Origin: Rhodanobacter sp.
GTDB taxonomy: Bacteria; Pseudomonadota; Gammaproteobacteria; Xanthomonadales; Rhodanobacteraceae
DNA length: 64,000 bases
Assembly: GCA_050737735.1 (NCBI GenBank)
Contig: JBOHYM010000031.1
Span: forward strand, 18,132 to 82,131
Direction: 5' to 3'
Shown: in pieces, positions 30,021 to 39,258 of the stretch
Numbering within the stretch: the stretch's first letter is position 1
Layout of the letters: each line of letters begins with the position of its first letter
Made by a program: the position numbers and the translations under genes
Notes under the pieces: model-generated
Told to the model about the DNA's origin: nothing
Seen by the model: only the letters and a program-made list of their open reading frames with translations
Databases searched by the model: none

Positions 30021-30085
30021 CGTAGGGCGGGCACTGCCCGCCGCTCTTGCGCTTGCGAAAAACGGCGGGCAGTGCCCGCCCTACG
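30021..30085. repeat. REP doublet, GTAG-GGCGGGCA family
   Basis: Perfect 23-bp inverted repeat CGTAGGGCGGGCACTGCCCGCCG (30021-43) / CGGCGGGCAGTGCCCGCCCTACG (30063-85) between convergent genes. Confidence 0.85.
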
Positions 30086-30097
30086 CGGCTTGTGTTG

Positions 30098-30586
30098 CTA
30101 CAACCGCGTAAACGACCACGACTGCATGCGCCCGTCGCGATACGGCATCACGCCGTGAAACGGGCGCGGGTCGTCGTCGAACACCAGCGGCAGGAAGTGG
30201 CGGTCGCCCTCCCACATCGGCAGTTCCATCAGCCGGTCGCGTGGCACCCATTCCAGCGTGCCTTCCGCATTGGCCGACAGTGGCTCGCCACGGTAAGTGT
30301 CGATCACGAAGATGAAGCCGAGCCAGTCCTCGCCCTGCTTGCCGAAGCCGGGCCAGTTCAGCGTGCCGCGCAGGCGCATCGATTCGCATACGATGCCGGC
30401 CTCCTCGAGGATCTCGCGCTGCATGCAGGCAGCGATGTCCTCGCCCGGCTCCATCTTGCCACCGAGGCCGTTGTACTTGCCCAGGTGCTGGTCATCCGCG
30501 CGCGCATTGCGGTGGATCATCAACACCTTGCTGCGATCGGGCGATAGCACATAGCCGAGCGTGGCCGTGATCGGGGTATACGGCAT
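30098..30586 (-). CDS. Nudix hydrolase (8-oxo-dGTP diphosphatase / MTH1-like)
   Basis: GLGGKMEPGEDIAACMQREILEEAG Nudix box; EGTLEW, MWEGD. Confidence 0.9.
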   Translation of the reverse strand: MPYTPITATLGYVLSPDRSKVLMIHRNARADDQHLGKYNGLGGKMEPGEDIAACMQREILEEAGIVCESMRLRGTLNWPGFGKQGEDWLGFIFVIDTYRGEPLSANAEGTLEWVPRDRLMELPMWEGDRHFLPLVFDDDPRPFHGVMPYRDGRMQSWSFTRL

Positions 30587-30707
30587 GGAGGGGCCTTGCG
30601 ACAAAAATCGAAGTTTAGCGGCAGTCACGCGACCACGCCCGCTCACGAGCCGCACATCGGGCACCGTCGGACTTGCACCGGCGCGGCCGGCCGGCGACCA
30701 TCGACGG

Positions 30708-31526
30708 ATGCGTCTCCATACTCCCATACCTGCTCAGCGGCCTCCCGGGCCTCATCCGCTGCGCCGCCTGCTGGCGCTGGTGCTGCTGACCCAGTTGATC
30801 GGCTGCACGCCCGCATCGAAGGCCATGGACAGCGGCGAACTGACGTTCGAGGGGCAGATCTACCGTGTCGTGCACCTGGATCTCAAGCGTGAACCGCTGA
30901 GCCTGCACTGGCGCGACCCGCAGAGCGGCCAGCCGTTCGGCAACATCGAAACATTGCGCCAGTGGGGCGAGGCACAGGGACAGCGACTGCTGTTTGCCAC
31001 CAACGCGGGGATCTACGACAAGCAGTTTGCGCCGCTCGGCCTGTACGTCGAAAACAGCAAGACCGTGGTGCCGCTGAACATGTCGCACGGCAACCCCGCG
31101 TCCGGCAATTTCTCGCTGCTGCCGAACGGTGTGTTCGTGGTATATCCGGATGGCCATGCCGCGGTACGTACCAGCACCGCCTTCAAGGCCGACAACAAGC
31201 CTGCGCAATGGGCGACTCAATCGGGCCCGATGCTGCTGATCGACGGCAAGCTCAACGACCAGTTCGTCGATGATTCCGCGAGCCTGAAATGGCGCAGCGG
31301 CGTATGCGTGAAAACGCCCACCGAAGTGATCTTTGCCGTGAGCGAAGCGCCCGTGAATTTCCATACGTTTGGACGGCTGTTCCGCGACAAGCTGGGTTGC
31401 CGTGATGCCTTGTATCTGGATGGCAGCATTTCCCAACTGTACGTCGATGGCGAGGGCTATGCGGGCGCGCCGGCCTTCATGGTGAAACCCTATGCCGGCA
31501 TCTTTGCCGTGTTTGCCAAACCGTGA
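30708..31526 (+). CDS. Phosphodiester glycosidase family (YigE/DUF2233-like) exported protein
   Basis: LFATNAGIY, GNFSLLPNGVF, QSGPML, RSGV, ALYLDGSIS. Confidence 0.8.
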   Translation: MRLHTPIPAQRPPGPHPLRRLLALVLLTQLIGCTPASKAMDSGELTFEGQIYRVVHLDLKREPLSLHWRDPQSGQPFGNIETLRQWGEAQGQRLLFATNAGIYDKQFAPLGLYVENSKTVVPLNMSHGNPASGNFSLLPNGVFVVYPDGHAAVRTSTAFKADNKPAQWATQSGPMLLIDGKLNDQFVDDSASLKWRSGVCVKTPTEVIFAVSEAPVNFHTFGRLFRDKLGCRDALYLDGSISQLYVDGEGYAGAPAFMVKPYAGIFAVFAKP

Positions 31527-33952
31527 CGACCCACCCTGCAACGTCTCGGCGCTGGCGTATCCTGCGCGCCCTGCTGCTCGTCCTGGCGATGCTGCTGCTG
31601 GCCGCGCTGGCGACCGGCTGGTGGCTGCTCGCCGGCAGCCGTGCCCGGCTCGATGGTGTGCGCCGCCTGCCCGGCCTGAGCGCCAGTGTCAGCCTCAGCC
31701 GCGATGCACTGGGCACCGTCACCCTCGAAGGGAAAAACCGTACCGATCTCAGCTACGCGCTCGGCTACGTGCACGCGCAGGAGCGCTTCTTCGCGATGGA
31801 CCTGATGCGCCGCATGGCCGCAGGCGAGCTATCCGCCCTGGTCGGGCCGGCTGCGCTCAAGGTCGACCTGAACCACCGGCGCCATCGCCTGCGCGCCGTC
31901 GTCGAGGCCGCCTACGCACAGCTGCCGCCCACGCAGAAACTCCAGCTCGACCGTTATCGCGACGGCGTCAACGCCGGTCTCGCCGACCTGCGCGTGCGGC
32001 CGTGGGAATACCTGCTGCTCGGCAGCCAGCCGCAACGGTGGCGCTCGGAAGACAGCGCGCTGGTGATCGCCGCGATGTATCTGGACTTGAACAGCGACGG
32101 CCGCAACGAGCGCGAGCTGCGCATCGCCCAGATGCGCGCGGTACTGCCCGGCTCCCTTGTGGATTTCCTGCTGGCGCCCGACCCGGACTGGGAGGCACCG
32201 CTGAGCGGGCCGTTGTCGCCTTCGCCGGTGATTCCCGGTGCCGACGTATTCGATCTGCGTCACCTCGCACTGGCCAACGCGTCCATTGGATCGTCCGCCA
32301 GCCTGACCGCCGCCCTCGCGCCGGCACTCGATGCGCCACGCCCCGGCAGCAACAGTTTCGCGGTCGCCGGCGCACTCGGCGGCAATGGCGCGGCGATCCT
32401 CGCCAACGACATGCATCTGGGCCTGCGCGTACCGAACATCTGGTTCCGCACCCGCCTGCGCTATCCCGACCCGAGCGCACCGAACGGACTGCGCGATGTC
32501 AACGGCGTCAGCCTGCCCGGCACGCCGGCGATGATTGTCGGCTCCAACGGCCAGATCGCCTGGGGCTTCACCAACAGCTATGGCGACTGGCAGGACTGGG
32601 TGCGCGTGCTGCGCGATCCATCGAACCCCGGCCGCTACAAGGTGCCGGAAGGCTGGGCCAGCATCGAGGCCCACGTCGAACACATCCGGGTCAAGGGCAA
32701 ACCGGACACCCTGCTCACCGTCGAAGACACCCGCTGGGGTCCGATCATGGGCAAGGATGCTGACGGCACGCCGTTGGCGCTGGCGTGGATCGGTGCGCAG
32801 CCGCGTGGCTACAACGTCGAACTGATGCAACTGGAGCGCATGCCGGACGTGCACAGCGCGCTGGACCTGGCGCCGCAGCTGGGCATGCCGCCGCAGAACC
32901 TGCTGGTCGCCGACAGCCGCGGACAGATCGGCTGGACGATTGCCGGCAACAGCATCCCGTTGCGTGCCGGCATCGATCCGCTGCTGCCGTCCGACTGGTC
33001 CGAGTCAGGTACGGGCTGGGTGGGCTGGGCCGCGCCCGCGCAATATCCGCGTATCGAGCATCCCGCCGAGGGCCGCTTGTGGACCGCCAACAACCGCACG
33101 GTCAGCGGCGATGCGCTGGCCTTGCTCAGCAATGGCGGCCACGATCTGGGCGCGCGCGCGCAGCAGATCCGCGACGACCTGCACGCACGCGCCGGCTTCA
33201 CTCCCGCCGACCTGCTCGACATCCAGCTGGACAACCGTGCCGTGTTCCTGAGCCGCTGGCAGCAATTGCTGCAGCAGACGCTGGCCGATAGCCGGAACCC
33301 GGCGTTGCAGCAACTGCGTCAGCTCAGCGCGACCTGGCAGCGCCACGCCACGGTCGACAGTGTCGACTACCGGCTGGTGCGTGCGTTCCGCAGCCGGGTC
33401 AGCGAGATCGCGCTGGTGCCGTTCGCCGCGCAGGTGAAGCACCGCTACGACGACTTCAGCTGGCCTGGCGAGAACAGTGCCGAAGCGGCCGTATGGGCGA
33501 TGATCCAGGCACAACCGACGCAACTGCTCGATCCGAGATACCACGACTGGCACGCCCTGCTGCTCGACGCCGCCACGCAGGTTGCCAGCGAACTCGACCA
33601 GCAACCCGGCGGCCTCGCCGCACGCAGCTGGGGTGAGCACAACCGCAGCGAGATCAACCACCCGCTGGCCGCCGCACTGCCGCACTGGCTCGGTCGCCTC
33701 ATCGACATGCCCGACCAGCCGCTGCCCGGCGACAACAACATGCCGCGCGTCGCCGCGCCCGGCTTCGGCGCGTCCGAACGCCTCGACGTGGCCCCGGGCC
33801 ACGAGGCCGAAGGCATCCTCGAAATGCCCGGCGGGCAGAGCGACAACCCGCTGTCGCCGTACTTCGGCGCGGGGCACGAGGATTGGGTCAAGGGGCGGCC
33901 AACACCGCTGTTGCCGGGGCCGGACCAGCACACCCTGACCCTCGAACCGTAG
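31523..33952 (+). CDS. Penicillin acylase family Ntn-hydrolase
   Basis: N-terminal TM; GYVHAQERFFAMDLMRR; beta-chain start GSNSFAV; LANDMHL; PGGQS.NPLSP. Confidence 0.92.
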   Translation: MTTHPATSRRWRILRALLLVLAMLLLAALATGWWLLAGSRARLDGVRRLPGLSASVSLSRDALGTVTLEGKNRTDLSYALGYVHAQERFFAMDLMRRMAAGELSALVGPAALKVDLNHRRHRLRAVVEAAYAQLPPTQKLQLDRYRDGVNAGLADLRVRPWEYLLLGSQPQRWRSEDSALVIAAMYLDLNSDGRNERELRIAQMRAVLPGSLVDFLLAPDPDWEAPLSGPLSPSPVIPGADVFDLRHLALANASIGSSASLTAALAPALDAPRPGSNSFAVAGALGGNGAAILANDMHLGLRVPNIWFRTRLRYPDPSAPNGLRDVNGVSLPGTPAMIVGSNGQIAWGFTNSYGDWQDWVRVLRDPSNPGRYKVPEGWASIEAHVEHIRVKGKPDTLLTVEDTRWGPIMGKDADGTPLALAWIGAQPRGYNVELMQLERMPDVHSALDLAPQLGMPPQNLLVADSRGQIGWTIAGNSIPLRAGIDPLLPSDWSESGTGWVGWAAPAQYPRIEHPAEGRLWTANNRTVSGDALALLSNGGHDLGARAQQIRDDLHARAGFTPADLLDIQLDNRAVFLSRWQQLLQQTLADSRNPALQQLRQLSATWQRHATVDSVDYRLVRAFRSRVSEIALVPFAAQVKHRYDDFSWPGENSAEAAVWAMIQAQPTQLLDPRYHDWHALLLDAATQVASELDQQPGGLAARSWGEHNRSEINHPLAAALPHWLGRLIDMPDQPLPGDNNMPRVAAPGFGASERLDVAPGHEAEGILEMPGGQSDNPLSPYFGAGHEDWVKGRPTPLLPGPDQHTLTLEP

Positions 33953-33976
33953 CCGCGAATCCGTCAACCTGAACGT

Positions 33977-34002
33977 AAAAATGTGACGCAAATCACATTT
34001 TT
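33977..34002. promoter_or_regulatory. CRP/Clp-type binding site
   Basis: AAAAATGTGA-CGCAAA-TCACATTTTT: perfect 10-bp arms around N6, matching the TGTGA-N6-TCACA consensus; 130 bp upstream of the first TIR gene. Confidence 0.8.
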
Positions 34003-34132
34003 GCATGTTATTGTCATGAAATCGCAGCCACCTGCCAAGCCACGACGACGGCCCGGCACCTGATTTGCGGCCGAGTGGGTGGGGACTTCCCGGCAAGGGA
34101 GTGCGCAACTTCGTGCGGGAGTGCGGTGCGTC

Positions 34133-36409
34133 ATGACGCAGGCCTCCGTGATGCCGGCTTTCCGGTACCGCGCCTTCATCAGCTACAGCCACCGGGACAA
34201 GTCCTGGGCCGACTGGCTGCACAAGGCGCTGGAAACCTATGCGGTGCCGAAGCGGCTGGTCGGCCAGACCACGGCGGCCGGCGTGATCCCCAGGCGCCTC
34301 GCGCCGATCTTCCGCGATCGCGACGAGCTGGCCAGCGCCACCGACCTCGGTCGCAAGGTCAACGAGGCGCTCGGGCAGTCCGCGGACCTGATCGTGATCT
34401 GCTCGCCGCACTCGGCCACGTCGCACTGGGTCAACGAGGAAGTGCTGGCGTTCAAGCGGCTGGGCCGCAGCGAGCGCATCTTCTGCCTGATCGTGGACGG
34501 CGAACCCAACGCCAAAGACCTGCCAGGCCGCGCGGCGGAAGAGTGTTTCGCCGAGCCCTTGCGCTACACCGTCGATGCGAATGGCCACGTGACCCACGTA
34601 CCTACCGAGCCGGTCGCCGCCGACGTGCGCCCCGGCAAGGATGGCAAGACCAACGCCAAGCTGAAGCTCATCGCCGGCATGCTGGATCTTGGTTTCGACC
34701 AGTTGAAGCAGCGCGAGCTGCAGCGTCGCACCAAGCGCATGACCGCGATTGCTGCACTGGCCATGGTGGTGATGACGCTGACAATCACGCTGGCGATCGC
34801 GGCGCTGATCTCACGCCATGATGCCGTCATTGCGCAGCACAAAGCCGTGGTCGCGCAACAGGCTGCGGAGCGCCGCCAGAAGCAGGCCGAAGGCCTTGTC
34901 GGGTTCATGCTGGGAGATCTCAATGAAAAGCTGGCGCAGGTGTCGCGCCTGGACATCATGCAAAGCGTCGACGACAAGGCGATGGCGTACTTCGCTGCGT
35001 TACCTACTTCCGATGTTACCGACGAAACGCTTGAACAGCGCGCCAAGGCATTGGAGAAGATCGGCAGTGTCCGTTTCGCGCAAGGACATCTCGACGCAGC
35101 ACTGGAATCGTATCGGGCAGGCGCGAACCTTGCCAGCACCTTGGCTCATGAGGCACCCGAGGATTCAACGCGACAGATCGCCTACTCACGAATGCTCACC
35201 TTTATTGGCATGGCCCACTGGAGCCAGGGCAGGCTCGACGCCACACAACAAGATTTTGAATCAGCGCAGCAGGCACTCCGGGTATCGAAATCCGGAGTAA
35301 AAGATAATCTGCCGCAGGTGTTCCAGGTAGCCATGCTCGATAACGACATCGGCCATGTGCTCGAGGCGCGTGGTCAACCGGAGGCCGCGGAAGCCGCGTA
35401 CCGCAACGCCATGGTGCTGTCACAAAAGCTGGTCGCGGCCAAGCCCGACAACACCGACTTTCTCTTGCAATTAGGAATAGCACACAACAACCTCGGCAAA
35501 ATGGCGTTGATGCGCGGCGACCTGGCAACGGCAATCGCCGAATACCGCGCCGACGATGCCATCGAATCGAACCTGTCCGCACGAGATCCGAAAAACAATG
35601 ATCAACTAGCCAACACATTTACGGTGCGGGCAATCCTCGGCCGCACCTTGGCCTTGGCCGGCGAAGTTGATGCGGGTATGCGCGACTTGCAGCAGGCAAT
35701 AGATATAGCGACCCGGCTGTCCACGCTGGACCCATCGCAGACGCAAATTCAGGAAAATCTCGCGCTGTATCAAATGCAATTGGGCCGGCTTCTGCGTCTT
35801 GGGAACCAGCTACCCAAGGCAGTCGTGCTAACTGAACGCGCTTTGCAGGGGTTTGCAACGCTGACCAAGCAGGATCCAGGAAATGCTGAATGGAAGCGAG
35901 AACTCGCCGAAGTGCAGACCGAACATGCGGCTCAGACGCTTTCCGGTGGCGACAAAATGGAGGCGCAAAAGCAAGCACAAACTGCGCTGGACATGCTCGA
36001 GTCACAGTTTGCCAAGCAGCCAGACAACCACGCCCTACTGCTGGTGACTACGAACGCCAAGCTTCTGCTTGCCGATGTCATTGGCAATGCGCCATCGGCG
36101 CAGCGGTTGCGGAAAGAAGCACTCATCATGGCGCAAGCGCCGAGAGGCAGCCCTGGCGATCCACGCCTGCTGGCACTGCAGGTTAAGGCGCTGCTAGCAC
36201 TCGGAAAGACGACCGAAGCGACGACCGTCATCCGGAACCTATGGAAAGCTGGCTATCGCGACCCGGCGTTGCTCTCGGTACTGCACCGTGCGGACGTCGA
36301 CTACCCGGTTAATGCCCTGTTCGCGAAGCGCATCGCACAACCCACGCAAGTCGATACCACCCATCTCGCCCGCCCGACGACAGCTGCGCAAACGGTTGAC
36401 ACGCGGTAG
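34133..36409 (+). CDS. TIR-TM-TPR protein, copy 1
   Basis: TIR motifs AFISYSH, IFRDRDEL, LIVICSPHS, WVNEEV (catalytic Glu position); basic patch QRELQRRTKR then one hydrophobic helix; long helical TPR-like C-terminus. Confidence 0.88.
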   Translation: MTQASVMPAFRYRAFISYSHRDKSWADWLHKALETYAVPKRLVGQTTAAGVIPRRLAPIFRDRDELASATDLGRKVNEALGQSADLIVICSPHSATSHWVNEEVLAFKRLGRSERIFCLIVDGEPNAKDLPGRAAEECFAEPLRYTVDANGHVTHVPTEPVAADVRPGKDGKTNAKLKLIAGMLDLGFDQLKQRELQRRTKRMTAIAALAMVVMTLTITLAIAALISRHDAVIAQHKAVVAQQAAERRQKQAEGLVGFMLGDLNEKLAQVSRLDIMQSVDDKAMAYFAALPTSDVTDETLEQRAKALEKIGSVRFAQGHLDAALESYRAGANLASTLAHEAPEDSTRQIAYSRMLTFIGMAHWSQGRLDATQQDFESAQQALRVSKSGVKDNLPQVFQVAMLDNDIGHVLEARGQPEAAEAAYRNAMVLSQKLVAAKPDNTDFLLQLGIAHNNLGKMALMRGDLATAIAEYRADDAIESNLSARDPKNNDQLANTFTVRAILGRTLALAGEVDAGMRDLQQAIDIATRLSTLDPSQTQIQENLALYQMQLGRLLRLGNQLPKAVVLTERALQGFATLTKQDPGNAEWKRELAEVQTEHAAQTLSGGDKMEAQKQAQTALDMLESQFAKQPDNHALLLVTTNAKLLLADVIGNAPSAQRLRKEALIMAQAPRGSPGDPRLLALQVKALLALGKTTEATTVIRNLWKAGYRDPALLSVLHRADVDYPVNALFAKRIAQPTQVDTTHLARPTTAAQTVDTR

Positions 36410-36467
36410 TGCCACAAGGCGTTGCGGGCCGCCTCTCATGCCTTGCATCAATCTCCCGGAGCAGATC

Positions 36468-36851
36468 ATGCCGAATGTAACTCTCAACGTGACACTCAAG
36501 GATGGCAACCTCGACGTCGATCAGGCAGGAAATGGAAACCAGATGGGCCACGGTCAGACGACCACGATCTCCTGGCACCTCACGACAGCCGGGGGAACGT
36601 TCAATGCACTCGACGCCAGCAACAAGGGATTTTCTTGGATCCAGACGCCGCCCGATAACGTGTTCACCGGGCTGCAGTTGTTACAAAACGGAAAAATCCA
36701 GATAACGGACAACAACACCGACCCTGGCGGCATCAACTCTGCAGGCAGCTGGATTTACCAGCTGTGGGCAACCATCAATGGCACCCAGTATTCGACCATA
36801 GCGACCACCCCGACGGGAACTGTTACCAATCCAAACATCAAAAATAACTGA
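36468..36851 (+). CDS. Small beta-rich hypothetical protein (DP-EP/DUF1888-like), partner 1
   Basis: 127 aa, SD GGAG, no signal peptide; starts MPNVTLNVTL, ends TNPNIKNN. Confidence 0.75.
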   Translation: MPNVTLNVTLKDGNLDVDQAGNGNQMGHGQTTTISWHLTTAGGTFNALDASNKGFSWIQTPPDNVFTGLQLLQNGKIQITDNNTDPGGINSAGSWIYQLWATINGTQYSTIATTPTGTVTNPNIKNN

Positions 36852-36876
36852 CCACCCCAAAGGGACTGAAGCGACC

Positions 36877-36931
36877 AAAGGGGCCAGGTTCACTTTTCCC
36901 ACGCCGTGGTCATCCAGGGTGGTGAACCTGA
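36877..36931. repeat. Cassette-boundary inverted repeat, copy 1
   Basis: AAAGGGGCCAGGTTCAC..GTGAACCTG: CAGGTTCAC (36885-93) / GTGAACCTG (36922-30). Confidence 0.7.
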
Positions 36932-37002
36932 ATCCCGTAGCAGATATCTGAAAATCAGAAGGACTCCCAGTCAGGGAACCGTCGCAACAAGTGCGAGATG
37001 TC

Positions 37003-39147
37003 ATGACGCAAGGTTCGGGGTCACCAGCGTTCCGCTACTACGCCTTCATCAGCTACAGCCACCAGGACAAGGCCTGGGCCGACTGGCTGCACAAGGCGCT
37101 GGAAACGTACGCGGTGCCGAAACGACTGGTCGGCCAGACCACGCTGGCCGGCGTGATCCCCAAACACCTCGCACCGATCTTCCGCGACCGCGACGAGCTG
37201 GCTAGCGCGCACGATCTCGGCGACAAGGTCAACCAGGCGCTGGCACAGTCGGCCAACCTGATCGTGATCTGCTCGCCGCGCTCGGCTGCCTCGCGCTGGG
37301 TGCAGGAGGAAGTGCTGGCATACAAGCGCCTCGGACGCAGCGAGCGAATCTTTTGCCTGATGGTGGATGGCGAGCCCAACGCCAGTGACCTGCCCGGCCG
37401 CGATACCGAAGAATGTTTCGCCTCCGCGCTGCGTTTCCAGCTCGACCCAGACGGCCAACCCACCACGCAACACGCCGAGCCGATCGCCGCCGATGCTCGA
37501 TCTGGCAAGGACGGCAAGGGCAACGCCAAACTGAAGCTGATCGCCGGCTTGCTGGATATCGATTTCGATCGCCTGAAGCAGCGCGAATTAAGGCGGCGCA
37601 ACCGGCGCCTGGCCGCGGTCACCTCGATGGCGCTGGTGGTGATGGCGTTGACCACAACGCTGGCCGTGTTCGCACTAATCTCACGCCACGACGCCCGGCG
37701 ACGCCAGGCCCAAGCCGAAGATATCCTGGGTTTCATGCTCGGCGATTTGCGCGGCAAGCTCGCTACCGTCGGCCGGCTCGACCTGATGGTGGCAGTCGAC
37801 GACAAGGCCACCGCGTACTTCGGCACACTGCAGCCACGTGATCTCAACGAACACGCGCTGGAGCAACAGGCCCGATTGTTGACCGGCATCGGCCAAGTGC
37901 GCTTGGACCAGGGTCACGACGACAAAGCCATGCTGGCGTTTCGCGACTCCTATGCGCGCAGCAGCGAACTGCTCAGGCGTCAACCTGGAAACGGCCAAAG
38001 ATTGTTCGATAGGGCCCAGGCCGAATACTGGATTGGGTTCGCCTTCTGGCGCCAAGGGCAACTGGACAATGCGGAAACCTGGCTACGGCGTTATCGCGAC
38101 AGCGCGCTAAAGCTCGCTGCGATGGATCGAACGAATTTCGCCTGGCAGCGTGAGGTTGCCTACGGCCAGGAAAACCTGGCCACACTGGATCTGGCCCGCG
38201 GCCTCGACAAACCGGCCGAGCGCATCTTCCGCGACGCGTATGAGCTTTATCTTGGCTGGATGAAAACGCACCCGCACGACACCGGATTGCGTGACGAAGC
38301 GGCCAATATTGCCTCCTATCTGGGCAGCCTGGCGATGCAGGACGGCCGGCTTGCGGAGGCGCGCGCTCGTTACGCGGAACAGGTAACTGACATTTCCGAC
38401 AACCGTGCCGCAGAACCCGACAATGCACAATGGGAGTCAGAGTGGCCGGACGCGAGCGTGTTCCTGGCGGAGGTACAGGCTGATACGGGCGACGCTGCCG
38501 ACGCCCGTCGCGGTTCGGCAGATGCGACAGCCCTGGACGAAATGCTGGCCAAGCAGGACCCCACCAACAAAACCTGGCAGCTACAGCTTGGCAAAGGCTA
38601 CTGGTGGCTGGCACGCCTCGATTCGCGTGCGGCACCGGATCAAGCCTGGAGCGAGGCGCTCGGCGCGGAACGCATCTTCGCCGCCACGCACGCGTCAGAA
38701 CCGAAGGACAGTCTCGCCCTGCACTGGTTGGCGAAATCGCAGGTACTGCTGGGCGAACTGGCGTGGCGACGTGGTGAGAGTGCCGAAGCAACGACTTGGC
38801 TGTCTCGCGCCAACGCCGAGCTGGCACCAGCCCTCGCCACCCAACAAAACAAGAACGCTTACCGGTTGCTGCCGCCAGAGTTGCACCTGCTCTTGGGCGA
38901 CGTTGCAGCGCAACGCGGCGATGACGCAGCCGCACGTGCTGCCTGGTCCGTTGCCGAACAGCAACTGCGCGAAGGTACAAATCCGCCGACATTCGATCAC
39001 CTCGACCTGCTCGTGCGCGTCTTGCTGGCGCAGCATCGAGACGCCGTGGCGGCGCCTTATCTAGCAAGACTGAAGGCAAGTGGGTACGTGCCGCTGTACC
39101 CGTGGCAGGAGGGGCCCGGCAGCCAAACAATGGCTGAATCTCGATGA
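37003..39147 (+). CDS. TIR-TM-TPR protein, copy 2
   Basis: TIR nearly identical to copy 1 (WVQEEV), basic patch RELRRRNRR, TM LAAVTSMALVVMALTTTLAVFALI, divergent TPR-like C-terminus. Confidence 0.88.
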   Translation: MTQGSGSPAFRYYAFISYSHQDKAWADWLHKALETYAVPKRLVGQTTLAGVIPKHLAPIFRDRDELASAHDLGDKVNQALAQSANLIVICSPRSAASRWVQEEVLAYKRLGRSERIFCLMVDGEPNASDLPGRDTEECFASALRFQLDPDGQPTTQHAEPIAADARSGKDGKGNAKLKLIAGLLDIDFDRLKQRELRRRNRRLAAVTSMALVVMALTTTLAVFALISRHDARRRQAQAEDILGFMLGDLRGKLATVGRLDLMVAVDDKATAYFGTLQPRDLNEHALEQQARLLTGIGQVRLDQGHDDKAMLAFRDSYARSSELLRRQPGNGQRLFDRAQAEYWIGFAFWRQGQLDNAETWLRRYRDSALKLAAMDRTNFAWQREVAYGQENLATLDLARGLDKPAERIFRDAYELYLGWMKTHPHDTGLRDEAANIASYLGSLAMQDGRLAEARARYAEQVTDISDNRAAEPDNAQWESEWPDASVFLAEVQADTGDAADARRGSADATALDEMLAKQDPTNKTWQLQLGKGYWWLARLDSRAAPDQAWSEALGAERIFAATHASEPKDSLALHWLAKSQVLLGELAWRRGESAEATTWLSRANAELAPALATQQNKNAYRLLPPELHLLLGDVAAQRGDDAAARAAWSVAEQQLREGTNPPTFDHLDLLVRVLLAQHRDAVAAPYLARLKASGYVPLYPWQEGPGSQTMAESR

Positions 39148-39258
39148 CCTGCGCGACCCCATCCAGAGACACAGCCGACCTTCTATTCATCGGACCGGTG
39201 GACCGCGCGTCCGTCGTTTGGGCCCGGAGCGGCCGAACCTCAAGCGGGAGCAATGGCA

